DNA from: Eledone cirrhosa
Lineage: Eukaryota
NCBI GenBank assembly: GCA_964016885.1
Contig: CAXHJY010000407.1
Location: 1 to 17,829 of the forward strand
DNA: 17,829 bases
Direction: 5' to 3'
Positions within the stretch are counted from its first letter, which is position 1, and every line of letters starts with the position of its first letter. The notes below the pieces were generated by a model that made no database searches, had not been told where the DNA came from, and was given only the letters and a program-made list of their open reading frames with translations. Shown here piece after piece: positions 6,897-17,829 of the stretch. The translations under genes were made by a program, and so were the position numbers.

Positions 6897-9800
6897 ACCC
6901 CCAACACTGTAGCTCCCATCATACTCTCACTACCTCTCCCGTCCCCCAACAATATATCTCCCATCATACTCTCAATCTCTCTCATCTATCACTCCCCCAA
7001 ACATTTATATCTCAAATCATACTCTCACTACCTCTCACCTATCACTCGCCCCAAACATTTATATCTCCCATCATACTCTCACTACCTCTCATCTATCACT
7101 CGCCCCAACACTATATCTCCCATCATACTCTCAATCTCTCTCATCTATCACTCCCCCCAACACTATATCTCCCATCATACTCTCACTACCTCTCATCTAT
7201 CACTCCCCCCAACACTATATCTCCCATCATACTCTCCCTACCTCTCATCTATCACTCCCCTCCCCCAACACTATATCTCCCATCATACTCTTCCTACCTC
7301 TCATCCATCACTCCCCCCAACACTATATCTCCCATCATACTCTCCCTACCTCTCATCTATCACTCCCCCAACACTATATCTCCCATCATTCTCTCACTAC
7401 CTCTCATCTATCACTCCCCTCCCCCAACACTATATCTCCCATCATACTCTCACTACCTCTCATCTATCACTCCCCTCCCCCCAACACTATATCTCCCATC
7501 ATTCTCTCACTACCTCTCATCTATCGCTCCCCTCCCCCAACACTATATCTCCCATCATACTGTCACTACCTCTCATCTATCACTCCCCCCAACACTATAT
7601 CTCCCATCACACTCTCCCTACCTCTCATCTATCACTCCCCTCCCCCAACACTATATCTCCCATCATACTCTTCCTACCTCTCATCTATCACTCCCCTCCC
7701 CCAACACTATATCTCCCATCATACTCTCCCTACCTCTCATCTATCACTCCCCCAACACTATATCTCCCATCATACTCTCACTACCTCTCATCTATCACTC
7801 CCCCCAACACTATATCTCCCATCATACTCTCACTACCTCTCATCTATCACTCCCCCCAACACTATATCTCCCATCATACTCTCACTACCTCTCATCTATC
7901 ACTCCCCCCAACACTATATCTCCCATCATACTCTTCCTACCTCTCATCTATCACTCCCCTCCCCCAACACTATATCTCCCATCATACTCTTCCTACCTCT
8001 CATCTATCACTCCCCTCCCCCAACACTATATCTCCCATCATACTCTCCCTACCTCTCATCTATCACTCCCCCAACACTATATCTCCCATCATACTCTCCC
8101 TACCTCTCATCTATCACTCCCCCAACACTATATCTCCCATCACACTCTCACTACCTCTCATCTATCACTCCCCCCAACACTATATCTCCCATCATACTCT
8201 CACTACCTCTCATCTATCACTCCCCTCCCCCAACACTATATCTCCCATCATACTCTCCCTACCTCTCATCTATCACTCCCCTCCCCCAACACTATATCTC
8301 CCATCATACTCTCACTACCTCTCATCTATCACTCCCCTCCCCCCAACACTATATCTCCCATCATTCTCTCACTACCTCTCATCTATCGCTCCCCTCCCCC
8401 AACACTATATCTCCCATCATACTCTCACTACCTCTCATCTATCACTCCCCCCCCCCAACACTATATCTCCCATCATACTCTCCCTACCTCTCATCTATCA
8501 CTCCCCCAACACTATATCTCCCATCATACTCTCCCTACCTCTCATCTATCACTCCCCCAACACTATATCTCCCATCATACTCCCACTACCTCTCATCTAT
8601 CACTCCCCCAACACTATATCTCCCATCACACTCTCACTACCTCTCATCTATCACTCCCCCCAACACTATATCTCCCATCACACTCTCCCTACCTCTCATC
8701 TATCACTCCCCCCCCCAACACTATATCTCCCATCATACTCTCCCTACCTCTCATCTATCACTCCCCCAACACTATATCTCCCATCATACTCTCCCTACCT
8801 CTCATCTATCACTCCCCCAACACTATATCTCCCATCATACTCCCACTACCTCTCATCTATCACTCCCCCAACACTATATCTCCCATCACACTCTCACTAC
8901 CTCTCATCTATCACTCCCCCCAACACTATATCTCCCATCACACTCTCACTACCTCTCATCTATCACTCCCCCAACACTATATCTCCCATCATACTCTCCC
9001 TACCTCTCATCTATCACTCCCCCCAACACTATATCTCCCATCACACTCTCACTACCTCTCATCTATCACTCCCTTCCCCCAACACTATATCTCCCATCAT
9101 ACTCTCCCTACCTCTCATCTGTAAATCCCCTCCCCCAACACTATATCTCCCATCATACCGTCCCTACCTCTCATCTATCACTCCCCTCCCCCAACACTAT
9201 ATCTCCCATCATACTCTCACTACCTCTCATCTATCACTCCCCTCCTCCAACACTATATCTCCCATCATACTCTCACTACCTCTCATCTATCACTCCCCCA
9301 ACACTATATCTCCCATCATACTCTCACTACCTCTTATCTATCACTCCCCTCCCCCAACACTATATCTCCCATCATACTCTCCCTACCTCTCATCTATCAC
9401 TCCCCTCCCCCAACACTATATCTCCCATCATACTCTCACTACCTCTCATCTATCACACCCCTCCCCCCAACACTATATCTCCCATCATACTCTCACTACC
9501 TCTCATCTATCACTCCCCTCCCCCAACACTATATCTCCCATCATACTCTCCCTACCTCTCATCTATCACTCCCCTCCCCCAACACTATATCTCCCATCAT
9601 ACTCTCACTACCTCTCATCTATCACTCCCCCAACACTATATCTCCCATCATACTCTCACTACCTCTCATCTATCACTCCCCCAACACTATATCTCCCATC
9701 ATACTCTCACTACCTCTCATCTATCACTCCCCTCCCCCAACACTATATCTCCCATCATACTCTCCCTACCTCTCATCTATCACTCCCCTCCCCCAACACT

Positions 9801-12800
9801 ATATCTCCCATCATACTCTCACTACCTCTCATCTATCACACCCCTCCCCCCAACACTATATCTCCCATCATACTCTCACTACCTCACATCTATCACTCCC
9901 CTCCCCCAACACTATATCTCCCATCATACTCTCCCTACCTCTCATCTATCACTCCCCCAACACTATATCTCCCATCATACTCTCCCTACCTCTCATCTAT
10001 CACTCCCCTCCCCCAACACTATATCTCCCATCATACTCTCACTACCTCTCATCTATCACACCCCTCCCCCCAACACTATATCTCCCATCATACTCTCACT
10101 ACCTCTCATCTATCACTCCCCTCCCCCAACACTATATCTCCCATCATACCGTCCCTACCTCTCATCTATCACTCCCCTTCCCCAACACTATATCTCCCAT
10201 CACACTCTCACTACCTCTCATCTATCACTCCCTTCCCCCAACACTATATCTCCCATCATACTCTCCCTACCTCTCATCTGTAAATCCCCTCCCCCAACAC
10301 TATATCTCCCATCATACTCTCACTACCTCTCATCTATCACTCCCCTCCCCCAACACTATATCTCCCATCATACTCTCCCTACCTCTCATCTATCACTCCC
10401 CTCCCACAACACTATATCTCCCATCATACTCTCACTACCTCTCATCTATCACTCCCCTCCCCCAACACTATATCTCCCATCATACTCTCACTACCTCTCA
10501 TCTATCACTCCCCTCCTCCAACACTATATCTCCCATCATACCGTCCCTACCTCTCATCTATCACTCCCCTCCCCCAACACTATATCTCCCATCATACTCT
10601 CACTACCTCTCATCTATCACTCCCCTCCCCCAACACTATATCTCCCATCATACTCTCACTACCTCTCATCTATCACTCCCCTCCCCCAACACTATATCTC
10701 CCATCATACTCTCACTCCCTCTCATCTATCACTCCCCTCCCCCAACACTATATCTCCCATCATACTCTCCCTACCTCTCATCTATCACTCCCCTCCCCCA
10801 ACACTATATCTCCCATCATACTCTTCCTACCTCTCATCTATCACTCCCCCAACACTATATCTGCCATCACACTCTCACTACCTCTCATCTATCACTCCCC
10901 TCCCCCAACACTATATCTCCCATCATACTCTCCCTACCTCTCATCTATCACTCCCCTCCCCCAACACTATATCTCCCATCATACTCTCACTACCTCTCAT
11001 CTATCACTCCCCTCCCACAACACTATATCTCCCATCATACTCTCACTACCTCTCATCTATCACTCCCCCCAACACTATATCTCCCATCATACTCTCACTC
11101 CCTCTCATCTATCACTCCCCTCCCCCCAACACTATATCTCCCATCACACTCTCACTACCTCTCATCTATCACTCCCCTCCCACAACACTATATCTCCCAT
11201 CATACTCTCACTACCTCTCATCCATCACTCCCCCCCAACACTATATCTCCCATCATACTCCCACTACCTCTCATCTATCACTCCCCTCCCCCAACACTAT
11301 ATCTCCCATCATACTCTCCCTACCTCTCATCTATCACTCCCCCAACACTATATCTCCCATCATACTCTCCCTACCTCTCATCTATCACTCCCCCCAACAC
11401 TATATCTCCCATCATACTCTCCCTACCTCTCATCTATCACTCCCCCCCAACACTATATCTCCCATCATACTCCCACTACCTCTCATCTATCACTCCCCTC
11501 CCCCAACACTATATCTCCCATCATACTCGCACTACCTCTCATATATCACTCCCCTCCCCCAACACTATATCTCCCATCATACTCTCCCTACCTCTCATCT
11601 ATCACTCCCCCAACACTATATCTCCCATCATACTCTCCCTACCTCTCATCTATCACTCCCCCCAACACTATATCTCCCATCATACTCCCACTACCTCTCA
11701 TCTATCACTCCCCTCCCACAACACTATATCTCCCATCATACTCTCCCTACCTCTCATCTATCACTCCCCTCCCCCAACACTATATCTCCCATCATACTCT
11801 CACTACCTCTCATCTATCACTCCCCTCCCCAACACTATATCTCCCATCATACTCTCCCTACCTCTCATCTGTAAATCCCCTCCCCCAACACTATATCTCC
11901 CATCATACTCTCCCTACCTCTCATCTATCACTCCCCTCCCACAACACTATATCTCCCATCATACTCTCACTACCTCTCATCTATCACTCCCCCCAACACT
12001 ATATCTCCCATCATTCTCTCACTACCTCTCATCTATCACTCCCCTCCCACAACACTATATCTCCCATCATACTCTCCTACCTCTCATCTATCACTCCCCT
12101 CCCACAACACTATATCTCCCATCATACTCTCCCTACCTCTCATCTATCACTCCCCCAACACTATATCTCCCATCATACTCTCCCTACCTCTCATCTATCA
12201 CTCCCCCAACACTATATCTCCCATCATACTCTCACTACCTCTCATCTATCACTCCCCTCCCCCAACACTATATCTCCCATCATACTCTCCCTACCTCTCA
12301 TCTATCACTCCCCTCCCCCAACACTATATCTCCCATCATACTCTTCCTACCTCTCATCTATCACACCCCTCCCCCCAACACTATATCTCCCATCATACTC
12401 TCCCTACCTCTCATCTATCACTCCCCTCCCCCAACACTATATCTCCCATCATACTCTCACTACCTCTCATCTATCACTCCCCTCCCCCAACACTATATCT
12501 CCCATCATACTCTTCCTACCTCTCATCTATCACACCCCTCCCCCCAACACTATATCTCCCATCATACTCTTCCTACCTCTCATCTATCACACCCCTCCCC
12601 CCAACACTATATCTCCCATCATACTCTCACTACCTCTCATCTATCACTCCCCCAACACTATATCTCCCATCATACTCTCCCTACCTCTCATCTATCACTC
12701 CCCTCCCCCAACACTATATCTCCCATCATACTCTTCCTACCTCTCATCTATCACACCCCTCCCCCCAACACTATATCTCCCATCATACTCTCCCTACCTC

Positions 12801-15800
12801 TCATCTATCACTCCCCTCCCCCAACACTATATCTCCCATCATACCGTCCCTACCTCTCATCTATCACACCCCTCCCCCAACACTATATCTCCCATCATAC
12901 TCTCACTACCTCTCATCTATCACTCCCCTCCCCCAACACTATATCTCCCATCATACTCTCACTACCTCTCATCTATCACTCCCCTCCCCAACACTATATC
13001 TCCCATCATACTCTCCCTACCTCTCATCTATCACTCCCCTCCCCCAACACTATATCTCCCATCACACTCTCACTACCTCTCATCTATCACTCCCCTCCCC
13101 AACACTATATCTCCCATCATACTCTCACTACCTCTCATCTATCACTCCCCTCCCCCAACACTATATCTCCCATCATACTCTCACTACCTCTCATCTATCA
13201 CTCCCCTCCCCCAACACTATATCTCCCATCATACTCCCACTACCTCTCATCTATCACTCCCCTCCCCCAACACTATATCTCCCATCATACTCTCACTACC
13301 TCTCATCTATCACTCCCCTCCCCCAACACTATATCTCCCATCATACTCTCCCTACCTCTCATCTATCACTCCCTCCAACACTATATCTCCCATCATACTC
13401 TCACTACCTCTCATCTATCACTCCTCCCAACACTATATCTCCCATCATACTCTCACTACCTCTCATCTATCACTCCCCTCCCCCAACACTATATCTCCCA
13501 TCATACTCCCACTACCTCTCATCTATCACTCCCCCCAACACTATATCTCCCATCATACTCTCCCTACCTCTCATCTATCACTCCCTCCAACACTATATCT
13601 CCCATCATACTCTCACTACCTCTCATCTATCACTCCCCCCAACACTATATCTCCCATCATACTCTCACTACCTCTCATCTACCACTCCCCTCCCCCAACA
13701 CTATATCTCCCATCATACTCTCACTACCTCTCATCTATCACTCCCCCCAACACTATATCTCCCATCATACTCTCACTCCCTCTCATCTATCACTCCCCTC
13801 CCCCAACACTATATCTCCCATCACACTCTCCCTACCTCTCATCTATCACTCCCCTCCCCCAACACTATATCTCCCATCATACTCTCCCTACCTCTCATCT
13901 ATCACTCCCCTCCCCCAACACTATATCTCCCATCACACTCTCCCTACCTCTCATCTATCACTCCCCTCCCCCAACACTATATCTCCCATCACACTCTCCC
14001 TACCTCTCATCTATCACTCCCTCCAACACTATATCTCCCATCATACTCTCACTACCTCTCATCTATCACTCCCCCAACACTATATCTCCCATCATACTCT
14101 CCCTACCTCTCATCTATCACTCCCCCAACACTATATCTCCCATCATACTCTCCCTACCTCTCATCTATCACTCCCCCAACACTATATCTCCCATCATACT
14201 CTCCCTACCTCTCATCTATCACTCCCCCAACACTATATCTCCCATCATACTCTCCCTACCTCTCATCTATCACTCCCCCAACACTATATCTCCCATCATA
14301 CTCTCACTACCTCTCATCTATCACTCCCCTCCCACAACACTATATCTCCCATCATACTCTCCCTACCTCTCATCTATCACTCCCCTCCCACAACACTATA
14401 TCTCCCATCATACTCTCCCCACCTCTCATCTATCACTCCCCCAACACTATATCTCCCATCATACTCTCACTACCTCTCATCTATCACTCCCCTCCCCCAA
14501 CACTATATCTCCCATCACACTCTCACTACCTCTCATCTATCACTCCCCCCAACACTATATCTCCCATCACACTCTCACTACCTCTCATCTATCACTCCCC
14601 TCCCCCAACACTATATCTCCCATCATACTCTCACTACCTCTCATCCATCACTCCCCCCCAACACTATATCTCCCATCATACTCCCACTACCTCTCATCTA
14701 TCACTCCCCTCCCCCAACACTATATCTCCCATCATACTCGCACTACCTCTCATCTATCACTCCCCTCCCCCAACACTATATCTCCCATCATACTCTCCCT
14801 ACCTCTCATCTATCACTCCCCCAACACTATATCTCCCATCATACTCTCCCTACCTCTCATCTATCACTCCCCCAACACTATATCTCCCATCATACTCTCC
14901 CTACCTCTCATCTATCACTCCCCCAACACTATATCTCCCATCATACTCTCACTACCTCTCATCTATCACTCCCCTCCCCCAACACTATATCTCCCATCAT
15001 ACTCTCACTACCTCTCATCTATCACTCCCCTCCCCCAACACTATATCTCCCATCATACTCTCACTACCTCTCATCTATCACTCCCCTCCCCCAACACTAT
15101 ATCTCCCATCATACTCTCACTACCTCTCATCTATCACTCCCCCAACACTATATCTCCCATCATACTCTCCCTACCTCTCATCTATCACTCCCCCAACACT
15201 ATATCTCCCATCATACTCTCCCTACCTCTCATCTATCACTCCCCCAACACTATATCTCCCATCATACTCTCACTACCTCTCATCTATCACTCCCCTCCCC
15301 CAACACTATATCTCCCATCATACTCTCACTACCTCTCATCTATCACTCCCCTCCCCCAACACTATATCTCCCATCATACTCTCACTACCTCTCATCTATC
15401 ACTCCCCTCCCCCAACACTATATCTCCCATCATACTCTCACTACCTCTCATCTATCACTCCCCCAACACTATATCTCCCATCATACTCTCCCTACCTCTC
15501 ATCTATCACTCCCCCAACACTATATCTCCCATCATACTCTCCCTACCTCTCATCTATCATCCCCCCAACACTATATCTCCCATCATACTCTCACTACCTC
15601 TCATCTATCACTCCCCTCCCCCAACACTATATCTCCCATCATACTCTCCCTACCTCTCATCTATCACTCCCCCAACACTATATCTCCCATCATACTCTCC
15701 CTACCTCTCATCTATCACTCCCCCAACACTATATCTCCCATCATACTCTCCCTACCTCTCATCTATCACTCCCCCCAACACTATATCTCCCATCATACTC

Positions 15801-17829
15801 TCACTACCTCTCATCTATCACTCCCCTCCCCCAACACTATATCTCCCATCATACTCTCCCTACCTCTCATCTGTAAATCCCCTCCCCCAACACTATATCT
15901 CCCATCATACTCTCCCTACCTCTCATCTATCACTCCCCTCCCACAACACTATATCTCCCATCATACTCTCACTACCTCTCATCTATCACTCCCCTCCCCC
16001 AACACTATATCTCCCATCATACTCTCCCTACCTCTCATCTGTAAATCCCCTCCCCCAACACTATATCTCCCATCATACTCTCCCTACCTCTCATCTATCA
16101 CTCCCCTCCCACAACACTATATCTCCCATCATACTCCCACTACCTCTCATCTATCACTCCCCCCAACACTATATCTCCCATCATTCTCTCACTACCTCTC
16201 ATCTATCACTCCCCTCCCACAACACTATATCTCCCATCATACTCTCCCTACCTCTCATCTATCACTCCCCTCCCACAACACTATATCTCCCATCATACCT
16301 CCCTACCTCTCATCTATCACACCCCTCCCCCCAACACTATATCTCCCATCATACTCTCACTACCTCTCATCTATCACTCCCCTCCCCCAACACTATATCT
16401 CCCATCATACTCTCACTACCTCTCATCTATCACTCCCCTCCCCCAACACTATATCTCCCATCATACTCTCCCTACCTCTCATCTATCACTCCCCCAACAC
16501 TATATCTCCCATCACACTCTCACTACCTCTCATCTATCACTCCCCCAACACTATATCTCCCATCATACTCTCCCTACCTCTCATCTATCACTCCCCCAAC
16601 ACTATATCTCCCATCATACTCTCCCTACCTCTCATCTATCACTCCCCTCCCCCAACACTATATCTCCCATCATACTCTTCCTACCTCTCATCTATCACAC
16701 CCCTCCCCCAACACTATATCTCCCATCATACTCTCCCTACCTCTCATCTATCACTCCCCCAACACTATATCTCCCATCATACTCTCCCTACCTCTCATCT
16801 ATCACTCCCCCAACACTATATCTCCCATCATACTCTCCCTACCTCTCATCTATCACTCCCCTCCCCCAACACTATATCTCCCATCATACTCTCCCTACCT
16901 CTCATCTATCACTCCCCCAACACTATATCTCCCATCATACTCTCCCTACCTCTCATCTATCACTCCCCTCCCCCAACACTATATCTCCCATCATACTCTT
17001 CCTACCTCTCATCTATCACTCCCCTCCTCCAACACTATATCTCCCATCATACTCTTCCTACCTCTCATCTATCACTCCCCTCCCCAACACTATATCTCCC
17101 ATCACACTCTCACTACCTCTCATCTATCACTCCCCTCCCCAACACTATATCTCCCATCACACTCTCACTACCTCTCATCTATCACTCCCCTCCCCCAACA
17201 CTATATCTCTCATCATTCTCTCACTACCTCTCATCTATCACTCCCCTCCCCAACACTATATCTCCCATCATACTCTCACTACCTCTCATCTATCACTCCC
17301 CTCCCCCAACACTATATCTCCCATCACACTCTCACTACCTCTCATCTATCACTCCCCCAACACTATATCTCCCATCACACTCTCACTACCTCTCATCTAT
17401 CACTCCCCCAACACTATATCTCCCATCATACTCTCCCTACCTCTCATCTATCACTCCCCCCAACACTATATCTCCCATCATACTCTCACTACCTCTCATC
17501 TATCACTCCCCTCCCCCAACACTATATCTCCCATCATACTCTTCCTACCTCTCATCTATCACTCCCCCCAACACTATATCTCCCATCACACTCTCACTAC
17601 CTCTCATCTATCACTCCCCTCCCCAACACTATATCTCCCATCACACTCTCACTACCTCTCATCTATCACTCCCCTCCCCAACACTATATCTCCCATCATA
17701 CTCTCACTACCTCTCATCTATCACTCCCCTCCCCCAACACTATATCTCCCATCATACTCTTCCTACCTCTCATCTATCACTCCCCTCCCCCAACACTATA
17801 TCTCCCATCATACTCTTCCTACCTCTCAT
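6897..17829. repeat. Large minisatellite/satellite array, 51-57-bp monomer, ~200 copies, truncated by the window end
   Basis: Consensus aacactatatctcccatcatactctc(a/c)ctacctctcatctatcactcccc(tcccc)c. Main length classes are 51, 52 and 56 bp. Copy number estimated as ~10.9 kb divided by ~54 bp. Confidence 0.98.

Noticed and set aside
6897-17829. CRISPR array
   Set aside because: There are no unique spacers; units are head-to-tail with only SNPs and C-run length changes. No cas genes, and the context is eukaryotic.
6912-17829. Multi-kilobase stop-free frames on the plus strand (Pro/Ser/Leu/His/Thr/Tyr-rich repeat protein)
   Set aside because: This follows from the lack of G: no TAG/TGA, and TAA only in the tgtaaat variant. 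There is no ATG, and the 52- and 56-bp units constantly shift frame, so no coding constraint is evident.
1999-17829. RT-plus-repeat-array system (retron, DGR, RT-CRISPR or telomerase-like addition)
   Set aside because: Both RTs are truncated, stop-ridden eukaryotic LINE copies. No template region matching the monomer is seen in either, so adjacency is best explained by high repeat density.

Overview
Eukaryotic, repeat-derived, non-genic DNA with no intact host gene. The AT-rich background, (TA)n microsatellites and interspersed-repeat motifs resemble coleoid cephalopod (octopus-like) repeats, but that assignment is recognition from memory and is unverified. Bases 1-6900 are a patchwork of decayed retroelements: (i) a 5'-truncated L1/Tx1-type LINE on the minus strand (RT with YADD, C-terminal zinc knuckle, 3' UTR with AATAAA) between (GATA)n tracts; (ii) a 5'-truncated RTE-type LINE on the plus strand whose RT region carries a PHD-finger insert; (iii) a second RTE 3' stub and RTE-tail/SINE fragments; (iv) a 70-bp SINE remnant with a perfect 18-bp target-site duplication; (v) a hammerhead-ribozyme core on the minus strand near 1087-1140. 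Bases ~6900-17829 are one minisatellite (51-57 bp units, roughly 200 copies, running off the window end). It has an almost G-free plus strand, recurrent diagnostic variants and local higher-order blocks. It is not a CRISPR array. I cannot support a novel multi-gene system here; the best leads are the ribozyme-bearing unit, the PHD-in-RT LINE and the minisatellite architecture.
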